From Thermoproteota archaeon (lineage in GTDB: Archaea > Thermoproteota > Thermoprotei_A > Sulfolobales > NBVN01): DNA of 64,000 nucleotides. The stretch spans positions 100,950-164,949 of the forward strand of contig JAUQPH010000002.1 of NCBI GenBank assembly GCA_030550455.1. The letters run 5' to 3'. The translations under genes and the position numbers were made by a program. The notes below the pieces were generated by a model. It was given only the letters and a program-made list of their open reading frames with translations. It did no database searches and had not been told where the DNA came from. Positions within the stretch are counted from its first letter, which is position 1. Each line of letters opens with the position of its first letter. This document shows, in pieces, positions 47,627 through 56,207 of the stretch.

Positions 47627-48478
47627 TTGCTAAGGGACATAGCTCGGAAGGTGCTGGGGAACTCTTTAGCGCGTAGGATATGGAAGAGAGTAGAGATCAT
47701 AGGTGATATAGCTGTCCTCAGAAAGCCATTAGACCTCGACTTAGAAGTAGAGGCATATAGAAACCTCGCCATAGAGCTGATGAACAGACTTCCGTACGTT
47801 AAGTCTGTCTGGCTTGCCGTAACACCTGTAGAAGGTAGCTACAGAACTAGAGAGTTCGTACACTTAGCTGGAGAACCCAGAAGCGAGACTGTGTATAAAG
47901 AACATGGTTGCTTATTTAAGTTGGATATAACTAAGGTGTATGTATCACCTGCGCTGAATTACGAGCACGCAAGGATAGCTAAACTGGTTAGGCCAGGTGA
48001 GGAAGTTTTCAACATGTTTGCTGGAGTAGGTCTCTTTTCGATTATAATAGCTAAATACTCGAAGCCTAAGCGTGTAGTATCAGTAGATATAAACCCCGAT
48101 GCGTTTAGTTACATGGTAGAGAATGTTAGACTCAACGGCGTCTCCGGGGTTGTAGTTCCAGTATTAGGTGATGCTAGAGAAGTAGCTAGGTCTTGCACTA
48201 ACTGCTTTGATAGGATTTTAATGCCTCTACCTGAGCTCGCTTACGAATACTTCGAAGACTCGGTATTAGCATTAAAGGATGTGGGGGTCATACATGTGTA
48301 CGAGTTCATAACCGCTAAAACGAAGAATGAGGCTATTCAAGAAGCATGGAATAAGTACTTAAGAAGGTGTAAATCTATTGGTGTAAAAGCCGAGGTAATA
48401 GGGTCACGAGTAGTTAGGTCTGTCGGTCCGCGCTACTACCAGGTTGTTCTTGACCTTCAGCTCGAGAAGATTTCCTAG
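47627..48478 (+). CDS. taw2: tRNA methyltransferase of the Trm5/Taw2 (Met-10+) family
   Basis: 283 aa; SAM-binding NMFAGVGLFSI, DINP, NLP-like MPLPE. Confidence 0.8.
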   Translation: MLRDIARKVLGNSLARRIWKRVEIIGDIAVLRKPLDLDLEVEAYRNLAIELMNRLPYVKSVWLAVTPVEGSYRTREFVHLAGEPRSETVYKEHGCLFKLDITKVYVSPALNYEHARIAKLVRPGEEVFNMFAGVGLFSIIIAKYSKPKRVVSVDINPDAFSYMVENVRLNGVSGVVVPVLGDAREVARSCTNCFDRILMPLPELAYEYFEDSVLALKDVGVIHVYEFITAKTKNEAIQEAWNKYLRRCKSIGVKAEVIGSRVVRSVGPRYYQVVLDLQLEKIS

Positions 48479-49673
48479 CTTTCTTTCTAGACCTACCTGG
48501 TTCTGTCTTCTCAGAAACAGGTATGACCTTAACACCTAAGCCCATGAGCTTCATAGTGACCTCCTCTAAGAACCTTATGTATGAGCCTTTCTGACCCATT
48601 AATGGGCCGAGGTTTTCACTCTCAATTCTTATTGCGAGATAGGAGCCCATTAGGTTTACCTTAGTTCTCTTCCATATCCATGAAACTGGATGAACAGACC
48701 TTATGTAGCTGTTCAAGTCTAAGTCTAGTTCCACTCCTCTGACTCTACTACCAAGTTCTTTCTCTATAGCCGAAATTCTCTCACCACCTCTACCTACAAG
48801 ACGTCCTAGGTGTCCAGGCTTAACGATAACTAAGTACTTAGGTACGTGATCTAGCGATATCCCGTACTTCTTAGCTATCTCCTCTATCTCCACAACAGTC
48901 ACTACGTCAGCATCCGGTGAGTGCATCTTTATTACTTGCAGTGCCTTAGCTTCTGATTCCTGTAGCTTCCTAGACCTAAGTGCATACTCGAGCAAGAACC
49001 TTACCCCGGTTTTCGCACCTTCTCTAACGATATCCTCTATACCTAGGTCCACGACGTACGCGTTAGGCTCACTGAGGAGTATCTCTCTAAGCGTAGATAT
49101 GTGGTCGTGCTGTGTGCCTCTTAGCGTTTGAAAGATTGGGTCAGCCGCAATTATCAGTCGACTTCTAACTCCTAGCCTTACGATGACCTCGAGTAGTATC
49201 TCAAGTCTAACGTGTTGGGCGTCATCTATAAATATCAAGGTTTCATCGAATGTCCTACCCTTTAGGTAGTGACCATCTGTCAGCAGGAGCTTCCCGGACT
49301 TCAAGAGCTCCAATATCTTCGGTGGGTCTATAAAGCTCCCTAAGACGTCGGATAAGTACTCACTAGCAAGCTTAGTGTATTCTTCACTCGCTTCTGCTAG
49401 TGTCAGCTCTCTTCCAGTAACGACATCGATCACGGGCTTAACTACTACGAACCTCTTGAACTTGTTATTACTTATTGACTCTATTCCGTAGGCTAGAGAG
49501 AAGAGAGACTTCCCACTCCCGGTGGGCCCGAAGACACCTACTATGGAGTAAGACTCTGCCTTTAAAGCTTCCAACAGCCTTTTCTGACCATCACTTTGGG
49601 GCTTCACGCTCTCTAGTATCACTCTCAACCACCTAAGACTCGTGATTATTGTTAGCTTAAAAGCGTGTGTCAC
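48414..49673 (-). CDS. PhoH-like ATPase fused to a KH RNA-binding domain
   Basis: 419 aa; Walker A GPTGSGKS, Walker B LIFIDDAQ, KH GxxG-like LVGRGGERI; basic low-complexity tail. Confidence 0.75.
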   Translation of the reverse strand: MTHAFKLTIITSLRWLRVILESVKPQSDGQKRLLEALKAESYSIVGVFGPTGSGKSLFSLAYGIESISNNKFKRFVVVKPVIDVVTGRELTLAEASEEYTKLASEYLSDVLGSFIDPPKILELLKSGKLLLTDGHYLKGRTFDETLIFIDDAQHVRLEILLEVIVRLGVRSRLIIAADPIFQTLRGTQHDHISTLREILLSEPNAYVVDLGIEDIVREGAKTGVRFLLEYALRSRKLQESEAKALQVIKMHSPDADVVTVVEIEEIAKKYGISLDHVPKYLVIVKPGHLGRLVGRGGERISAIEKELGSRVRGVELDLDLNSYIRSVHPVSWIWKRTKVNLMGSYLAIRIESENLGPLMGQKGSYIRFLEEVTMKLMGLGVKVIPVSEKTEPGRSRKKARKSSRAEGQEQPGSSADRQT

Positions 49674-50313
49674 TAAACTATTTACTGGTCAACCTACTCC
49701 CAGTATTGGGGAATCTGTGGGTGTAGTAGACAAGAGCTTGTGGCTAAAAGAGAAGGACTATATGCGTAAAAGAATGCTTGAGGACTTAGACATAGGCTAT
49801 CTCGACCCCGATATATACCACGTACTACTCGCAATCTTTATGAGAGAGGAAGCCTTTCCGATAAGCTCGTGTAGTGGCAGGATAACTATAGTAGACGCGC
49901 CGATGCCGTGGCACCGTAAAAGCTCTGCTGTGATATTTAAGAAGCATACGGTAGTCGAAGAACATGAAGTTCTTTCAGTGCTCAGGAATTCTCCTCCTAT
50001 AAACAGACTCTGGCTAGTAGCTACCGGCCCCATATTTCACATATCTACACTAACCCTACGAGAAGCGCTGTCTATACTTAGGATAGCTCGTGAAGCAGGC
50101 ATGAAGCATAGTGGTATACTGTCTATTAGCAGAAGGGGAATACTCGTCGAACTTAAAACAGGAGTGAGAGTTACGATTCTCCTAAGGTCTAGGGACTTCG
50201 TAATTAGTGATCTCCAGGAGGCTATCAGAGCCACTAACGAGGCCCTCCTAGAGGGTAAGAGCAGGCTCGCCAAACTCTACGACCTACTCCTAAGTTCGAG
50301 CCGTAGTCAGTAG
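49642..50313 (+). CDS. taw3: tRNA wybutosine-synthesizing protein 3 homologue (Taw3/TYW3)
   Basis: 223 aa; SSCSGRI motif and TYW3-like layout. The annotated start overlaps the divergent phoH-like start, so the real start is probably downstream (e.g. MRKRMLEDL). Confidence 0.7.
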   Translation: MIIVSLKACVTKLFTGQPTPSIGESVGVVDKSLWLKEKDYMRKRMLEDLDIGYLDPDIYHVLLAIFMREEAFPISSCSGRITIVDAPMPWHRKSSAVIFKKHTVVEEHEVLSVLRNSPPINRLWLVATGPIFHISTLTLREALSILRIAREAGMKHSGILSISRRGILVELKTGVRVTILLRSRDFVISDLQEAIRATNEALLEGKSRLAKLYDLLLSSSRSQ

Positions 50314-50347
50314 GAGTAGAGCCAGCATTCTTGTATTCTGACACAAG

Positions 50348-50572
50348 CTACAGCAGTAGCTCTAGGGGCTGCTTGCAGTAAGGACACTTGTAGTGGAGTA
50401 CTCTAGCGTCACTTGAGCAGAAGTATGCCCCGTACTTAGTGGAGCAGTTACTACAGTAGTATACTGACGCTTCACCGATTACTAAGTTCCTCGAGCACAC
50501 CTTACACCTCTTTGTTGCCCACCCAGCGTGTCCACCAGCATTAGTTCCCACCAGCTTAACCAGAGGTAACAC
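50348..50572 (-). CDS. small Cys-rich zinc-ribbon protein
   Basis: 74 aa with CKVC...CSNC...C...CPYC pairs. Confidence 0.4.
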   Translation of the reverse strand: MLPLVKLVGTNAGGHAGWATKRCKVCSRNLVIGEASVYYCSNCSTKYGAYFCSSDARVLHYKCPYCKQPLELLL

Positions 50573-50614
50573 CCTTGAGGTGTCTACGCGCTGTTTTTAA
50601 GCTTTACAGAGTAC

Positions 50615-51373
50615 GTGAAGGGGAGTATGACATCAACAGCGAGGCTATTGGCGTTTGGTGACGTCCACGGCGTGCAGTATCTAGGTGTTCTGAGGGCGTC
50701 TTTAAAGAGTATACAGCCTGAGGGATTACACGCGATCTTGCTGGCTGGTGATATTATCGATAGAGGAGACGTTAGCAGCATGAGCATGGTTTTAAGGGAA
50801 ATCACTTCGAGGTTCAAGGACGTTCCTATAGTTTCAGTCTTTGGGAACGATGAATACCACGAGATAGAAGACTACTTAATCAAGAACTTTAGCTATGTAA
50901 TATGGTTAAATGACTCTGTTACCGTTTTAAAGGCAGGGGACGTCACGATAGGGATAGTAGGTAGTAGAGGGTCTCTAGACAAGCTCACATACTGGCAGAG
51001 CAAGAACATGCCACAGCTCGAGACAGTGTATAGGAGGAGAGTAGGCGTCTTGAGGAAGTTGCTCGAGGAGGTCTCTAAGGTATCTGATATAGCGATACTG
51101 CTGACACACTACGCTCCTACTTATCAGACGATTAAGGGAGAACCCGAGAAGATATACCCCTACATGGGTTGCAGGCACTTAGAGGAAGTAATACGTGAGG
51201 TAAAACCAGATATAGCGATTCACGCACACGCTCACAACGCTACTGTGACTGAAGCAGTAATAGGATTCACCAGGGTCTACAACGTGTCTCTACCGGCAAG
51301 AAAGGGTGTGACTCACATATCTATTGCTCCAAGGGTTAAACTCGTCCGAATGGATGCGGGCGCTCAGAGATGA
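50615..51373 (+). CDS. calcineurin-like metallophosphoesterase
   Basis: 252 aa; FGDVHG, GDIIDRG, GNDE, THYAP, HAHAHN. Confidence 0.8.
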   Translation: MKGSMTSTARLLAFGDVHGVQYLGVLRASLKSIQPEGLHAILLAGDIIDRGDVSSMSMVLREITSRFKDVPIVSVFGNDEYHEIEDYLIKNFSYVIWLNDSVTVLKAGDVTIGIVGSRGSLDKLTYWQSKNMPQLETVYRRRVGVLRKLLEEVSKVSDIAILLTHYAPTYQTIKGEPEKIYPYMGCRHLEEVIREVKPDIAIHAHAHNATVTEAVIGFTRVYNVSLPARKGVTHISIAPRVKLVRMDAGAQR

Positions 51374-51993
51374 GCTTCCTAACTGAGCTTAAGAAGCTTT
51401 CCGAGCCTATTGGAGGTGTCAAACCCTCGTTCGATGTTTATCATGCCTACTTAGCTCTAGTAAGCTTATACCATGAAGCTCCCATGGGTAGGCTAGCACT
51501 TTCTAAGAAACTTGCCCTAGGAGAGGCTTCAGTTAAGACCCTCATTAAGAGGATGAGAAGTAGGGGGTTTATTAATGTAGATAAAGTAGCGGGGATCTTT
51601 CTCACTCGAGAAGGTCTAGAACTAGTAGAGAACTTAAATAAAGTCCTCGATTTTCTAGGTCAACTGGATATAAGTGATGTATGTGCTAACTGCGAAGCTT
51701 ATGGGGTAGTCATAAAGAAGTTTAGAGAGGTTCTTGCTGAAAGGATCGGGTACCTAAAGTTGCGAGACCAGATAGTTCGAGAAGGAGCAGAGGGAGCCAT
51801 CATAGTGTATTGTGGGGATGTCCCAGTAATGCCAGTAAGCGGTGGCCTCGAGAGAGCAGAGGGAGTACTCAGAGACATAGCTCTTAAGTACTGTAGTGGG
51901 GGAGATGTACTAGCTATGTCGATCTGCTATAACAATCGAGGGACTTGTGCTAGGGCTCTAGTGAATGCTGTGCTGAAGATCCTCGACCCCTAG
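51370..51993 (+). CDS. hypothetical protein with N-terminal winged-helix-like region (possibly DUF4443)
   Basis: 207 aa; ATGA overlap with the upstream phosphoesterase; LGEASVKTLIKRMRSRGFI looks wHTH-like. Confidence 0.35.
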   Translation: MSFLTELKKLSEPIGGVKPSFDVYHAYLALVSLYHEAPMGRLALSKKLALGEASVKTLIKRMRSRGFINVDKVAGIFLTREGLELVENLNKVLDFLGQLDISDVCANCEAYGVVIKKFREVLAERIGYLKLRDQIVREGAEGAIIVYCGDVPVMPVSGGLERAEGVLRDIALKYCSGGDVLAMSICYNNRGTCARALVNAVLKILDP

Positions 51994-52047
51994 TTAACTG
52001 AGCAAAGAACCGAGCTACTGATAGCAGAGACTCTCTACAGATTGTCT

Positions 52048-52302
52048 TGTTTCGGTTTTCTTGGTTATTTGGGATACTTCTATGGATTTAGGGAACTAGT
52101 CATCAGAAAGTAAAGTTATACAAATAACCAGGTGTCCAGGTAGTTATGAGCTTATGAGCTGTAAGCGAAGAGCGATTCACAGGGTCTCGTCCCTCATCGA
52201 CGGCTCTAAGGATCCAGAAACCCTGGTGCCGCAGGTGGGGAGAGCGGGGACGAAGAGGTGGGGTGAACCCGTGTTAAGAAAATCCAAATCAACTGAAACA
52301 AC
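52048..52302 (-). repeat. dispersed intergenic element family, copy D (both termini inverted: TTGTTTCGGTT ... AACTGAAACAA)
   Basis: The reverse complement ends AAATAACCAAGAAAACCGAAACA and contains CCACCTCTTCGTCCCCGCTCTCC (compare TGCCTCATCTCTTTCCCCCGCATTCC). On the + strand the two ends are TTGTTTCGGTTT and its near-inverse CAACTGAAACAA. Confidence 0.6.
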
Positions 52303-52453
52303 CTAGTTAATGGGCACAGGCAACCATTTACTTCTACTCTGCGTTTAAAGGATGGTTCCGAACGTATACGCTTCACACGTAATATGCGATGGTTTACTAG
52401 CAACACCGAGGAGCTTATTATCGCCGAGACCGCTTTCGAAACAGGGGTACTAG

Positions 52454-53485
52454 GTGATTAAACTAGAGTACGGTGCTGGAGGTTTAGAGATGTTGGAATT
52501 CATCGTGAAGCACATAGCTACCAAGGTCCCTCAGCATTTGCGTAATACCCCTGGAGGTTACGGACTAGACTACTTAGACGATGGTGCGGTAATAGATGTC
52601 GGTAGTGGTAACTATTTGGCTTTCACTATAGATTCTTACACAGTTAAACCGCCGAAGTTTCCAGGTGGAGACATTGGGAAGCTTGCGGCGTCTGGAACTA
52701 TAAACGATCTCCTCATGATGGGAGCTAAGCCTCTGGCCCTCGTCGATGCCATCGTCGTAGAAGAGGGAGTTGATGAGTCTTTAGTCGAGGATGTAGTGGA
52801 GTCTTTCGTATCTACTGCGACTCAGGTCGGTGTCCACATAGTGGGTGGAGACTTTAAGGTCATGCCCAGGGGTTCTATCGATGGGATCTTAATTACGACA
52901 TCTGGTGTGGGGTTTACTAGAAATCCCATAGTGGACCGAAGGATTGAGGTCGGCGACGTAATCATAGTTTCAGGTCCCGTGGGAGATCATGGAGCCGTCA
53001 TATCTGCTGCTCAACTAGGGTTACTCGAGAAGGTCTCGGGTCTCGCGAGCGACGTGAAACCTCTCCACGACTTAATGATACCGCTCGTAGAACGTTACGG
53101 TAGCTTCATCCACGCAGCTAAGGATCCGACACGAGGTGGACTGGCCTCAGTTCTATACGAGTGGGTCAGGGGCACTCGGCTGTCGATAGTAGTCTATAGA
53201 GATTCCGTACCGGTTCGGCGGGCGACTAGGAACTTCTTAGAGCTACTAGGGGTAGACCCACTTAGCTCAGCATCGGAGGGGGTAGCAGTACTGGCGGTTT
53301 CAAAGGAGGTATATCCCGAAGTGCTGGAGTTTATTCACGAGCTAGGATACTCTGAAGCAACTATAGTTGGTGAAGTGATCGAGCCTCCAGCAGACTTTCT
53401 ATGGGGTAAAGTAATTGCTAAAACAGAAGTCGGTGGCTATACCCTAGTGGAATCCTCACCCTTACTCACACCCAGGATCTGCTGA
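52454..53485 (+). CDS. hypE: hydrogenase maturation protein HypE (AIR-synthase-related)
   Basis: 343 aa; PurM-like domains and the diagnostic C-terminal ...PRIC. Confidence 0.85.
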   Translation: MIKLEYGAGGLEMLEFIVKHIATKVPQHLRNTPGGYGLDYLDDGAVIDVGSGNYLAFTIDSYTVKPPKFPGGDIGKLAASGTINDLLMMGAKPLALVDAIVVEEGVDESLVEDVVESFVSTATQVGVHIVGGDFKVMPRGSIDGILITTSGVGFTRNPIVDRRIEVGDVIIVSGPVGDHGAVISAAQLGLLEKVSGLASDVKPLHDLMIPLVERYGSFIHAAKDPTRGGLASVLYEWVRGTRLSIVVYRDSVPVRRATRNFLELLGVDPLSSASEGVAVLAVSKEVYPEVLEFIHELGYSEATIVGEVIEPPADFLWGKVIAKTEVGGYTLVESSPLLTPRIC

Positions 53486-54081
53486 ATAGCGTTAGCGATC
53501 TCACCACTTTTTTGAATGTATGACATGAGGTAGTTTACTGCGTTAAGGTCGCCCTTTCTCGTCATTTCACGCAGGAAGTCACATATCTCCCACGGGAAAA
53601 TAACCCAAGAGTCAGTAATTTCGGCATAGAAGTCAGGAATCACTATAGACCTAGGCTTAAGGAATACCACAGCAGTTTTAACAGACCTAGCTCCTCGAAG
53701 CCTCAAGTCTGCAACAGCTGTTTCAAGAGTTCTACCGGTATCGGCTACGTCGTCAACGACTAGAACAGCTTTATCTTTGACGTCGTGAACTACGGGAACA
53801 GTTATAACGGGCTTTTCCCCCCTCTCGCCAACACCCTTATAGAATTTTACACCTATAACAGCTAGCTCGTCTATGCCTAAGAAGTCGGAGAGCATCCTAG
53901 CGACAACGTACCCTCCCCTGAGTGCTCCCACTAAGACTTGGGGTAGGTAGCTTCTACTTATCGATAGCGCTAATCGGGCTACGAGACTGTGGAGGGTCTC
54001 CCAACCGACGTAATTAAACTTCGAAGACACCTCTACCACCCAATCATCTCTACGTACGCTAGGCCATAATATTAACGACAA
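53437..54081 (-). CDS. phosphoribosyltransferase (purine/hypoxanthine-guanine PRT-like)
   Basis: 214 aa; PRPP-binding loop VLVVDDVADTGRTL. Confidence 0.8.
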   Translation of the reverse strand: MSLILWPSVRRDDWVVEVSSKFNYVGWETLHSLVARLALSISRSYLPQVLVGALRGGYVVARMLSDFLGIDELAVIGVKFYKGVGERGEKPVITVPVVHDVKDKAVLVVDDVADTGRTLETAVADLRLRGARSVKTAVVFLKPRSIVIPDFYAEITDSWVIFPWEICDFLREMTRKGDLNAVNYLMSYIQKSGEIANAIQQILGVSKGEDSTRV

Positions 54082-54111
54082 ACCGTATTCTCTAGCTAAC
54101 TGCTTTACTGG

Positions 54112-54612
54112 CTAGAGGAGGCGCGAAGTTTTTATTATGGCCAAGTCGCCCACAATAGATACCTCGAGCGAGCACCCTCTAGCTAGACCTATGAGGAAGC
54201 GCCTCAGTATCTCTCTGGGTTCCGACGATGGGATGAGGATTATGGTATTCTCTTTAAGTATCCCGATTCCGTTGCTTAAGGATATTCTCTCGATTATTTC
54301 CTCGCAGTTTATTCCTAGTTCCCTAAGAGTAGCACCTAGTTTCTCGCCGCGAGCTTCTATGACCTCGGGGGCTACTGGCTGGCTGTCTAGGAGGTCTAGT
54401 GGTATGTAGGCGAAACCGAGCTTTGAGAGAACTAACTCCGTCTTCTTTTCCCTTAAAACACCTGGTGCGAAGTAGCCAAGCCTCTCTATTTCTATCGCTT
54501 CCTCGAAGAGCTTTCTAAGATATCCAACAAGGCTCATACCTCTGGATCTAGCTATAGACTTAAGCTCTTCCGCAAGCTCGAGGTCTACTCCAAGAGTCCT
54601 CCTACTCCTCAC
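54112..54612 (-). CDS. hypothetical protein with ribbon-helix-helix-like N-terminus
   Basis: 166 aa; RRTLGVDLELAEELKSIARSRGMSLVGYLRKLFEEAIE fits an RHH pattern; weak paralogue of the upstream gene. Confidence 0.4.
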   Translation of the reverse strand: MRSRRTLGVDLELAEELKSIARSRGMSLVGYLRKLFEEAIEIERLGYFAPGVLREKKTELVLSKLGFAYIPLDLLDSQPVAPEVIEARGEKLGATLRELGINCEEIIERISLSNGIGILKENTIILIPSSEPREILRRFLIGLARGCSLEVSIVGDLAIIKTSRLL

Positions 54613-55177
54613 TTAACCCACCCACTCTTAGTACGAGAACCGAGGGCCCGGTTATTAGCTCATGCTCTTCCAGTCCGTAGCCCCTAACAAGTCCTTCCGC
54701 TATACACTTAGATAGCTCTAGAAACTCTCTCGAGTAGTTCACAAAGCTTACGACGAACTTGTAAGTGCCCTCACCTTCTCTAACTAAGTCTACTCTCGCA
54801 CTAGGTACCCAGAGCTCAAGAGAGTTTTTAACTTCAGTGAGAGTTAAAGACCTCTTTACCTTACTTAACTCAGCGTACCAAGATGTCATCTTAGTTAGCT
54901 CTAGACATATCTCGTTTAATTTCTCCGTGTTCGCAAGAGATAACATCTCCACGACGGACTTTTCGGGGAGGAACACGCCACCGAGTCTTCTTACGTCGTC
55001 GAATGCGTCTACCATAGCTAGAGACTCCAGGAGGTTCTTCTTGTATCTCATTAGCTTAAGTACTTCAGTAAGAATTCTCTCAATTAGAACAGTGTACGGT
55101 ATCCCCAGTTTTTCAGCGACCTTTATAGCATCAACAAGTAGCCTTTCGGGAAGTGCTACAAACCTCCTAGACGACAC
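54602..55177 (-). CDS. hypothetical protein with ribbon-helix-helix-like N-terminus (paralogue of 54112..54612)
   Basis: 191 aa; RRFVALPERLLVDAIKVAEKLGIPYTVLIERILTEVL; 11-nt overlap with the downstream paralogue. Confidence 0.4.
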   Translation of the reverse strand: MSSRRFVALPERLLVDAIKVAEKLGIPYTVLIERILTEVLKLMRYKKNLLESLAMVDAFDDVRRLGGVFLPEKSVVEMLSLANTEKLNEICLELTKMTSWYAELSKVKRSLTLTEVKNSLELWVPSARVDLVREGEGTYKFVVSFVNYSREFLELSKCIAEGLVRGYGLEEHELITGPSVLVLRVGGLSEE

Positions 55178-55275
55178 GCCGTCACCTAGCTATCTAGGTA
55201 AATCAGTATATAAATGTATACACAATAATACAGCAGCGAGACCGCTTTAATAGTATCTATCTTCTTGGGGAGTAG

Positions 55276-55605
55276 GTGAGAGGTATTACCCAGCTTTATG
55301 CGGAACTGATGCTTCTGGCACTAGTGTTGAGTATTGGTGCGGCTATTAGCCACGTAGCCGTTGGGATTAGTACTGCTTTAAGGAACATAAAGCCGCCCCC
55401 GAAGATTTCGGTGTATCGAGTTGGTGATACGGTACTCATAGCCAACTGGGGTGAAGACTGCTACCGAGTTCGCGTCGTATGCGTAGACAACGGAGTGTAT
55501 GATGAACTAGAAGTGTGGCCTGGCACCTATTTACACAACACGACATGTGCTGATGTAGTAATAGTTTACTACGACTATATCATAAGACCGCAGAGGATAC
55601 GCTGA
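55276..55605 (+). CDS. small protein with type IV pilin-like (class III) signal peptide
   Basis: 109 aa; MRG/ITQLYAELMLLALVLSIGAAI: a short basic n-region, a Q..x.E...L pattern close to the archaeal QxSxExxxL motif, then a hydrophobic helix. Confidence 0.4.
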   Translation: MRGITQLYAELMLLALVLSIGAAISHVAVGISTALRNIKPPPKISVYRVGDTVLIANWGEDCYRVRVVCVDNGVYDELEVWPGTYLHNTTCADVVIVYYDYIIRPQRIR

Positions 55606-55977
55606 GAACTACCAACAGTGGCTGACTCTAGTTTAATGTTTTCGACCTCCATTTCTTGAGAGCTCTTGCTCCCATAGCTAAATAGCTACTCTAGGGATGT
55701 CACCTATACTTCCGCAGTCGGTTTAGATGCCGACCTCACGTACGTTCTTACAGCCAGTATCCACAGCGTAGCATCAAAGCGTTCTACTTCTGATTTGACT
55801 AGACTGATTGCTCACTATGCGATATTATTTGGAAAACCTAAGAAAGGCATTTGTGCTGAGTAGCTACTTTGGTGGTACGTGCTTCGCTATCACAGAACTC
55901 ATCGTTTGTATTAGGAGAGCTATAGTTTTAGCAATAATTCTCGCTGGGAGACTAATCCTTTACTAGCTCTATCAACA

Positions 55978-55986
55978 GTTTTTAAG
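55978..55986 (+). promoter_or_regulatory. TATA-like box GTTTTTAAG about 26 nt upstream of tRNA-Val
   Basis: AT-rich box at archaeal TATA spacing. Confidence 0.4.
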
Positions 55987-56007
55987 CAGTAACTAAAGAA
56001 AACTGTT

Positions 56008-56101
56008 GGGCCCGTCGTCTAGCCTGGTTAGGACGCCGCCCTTACGAGCTTCCGATTCCTGCGAGAGGCGGAGGTCCGGGGTTCGAGTCCCCGCGGGCCC
56101 A
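56008..56101 (+). tRNA. tRNA-Val (anticodon UAC) with a 19-nt intron at 37/38
   Basis: Acceptor GGGCCCG/CGGGCCC, D arm GTCT..GGAC, anticodon arm CCGCC-CTTACG[agcttccgattcctgcgag]A-GGCGG (intron about 56047-56065), T arm CGGGG-TTCGAGT-CCCCG. Confidence 0.9.
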
Positions 56102-56207
56102 CCTCGAGTTACTTTAGGTTACTACTCGTAGTAGTCTCTACTAACAGCTTCTAATGGTTATGATCTATCGCTAACGAAAGTATTTATGTATTTAGTGCTC
56201 TAGGTCG

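Noticed and set aside
52206-52406. 66-aa ORF over repeat copy D, and 77-aa ORF 10218-10451 over tRNA-Thr(CGU) and its promoter
   Set aside because: They overlap a non-coding repeat and a tRNA gene respectively, show no motif, and have Pro/Arg/Ser-rich composition. They are treated as spurious.
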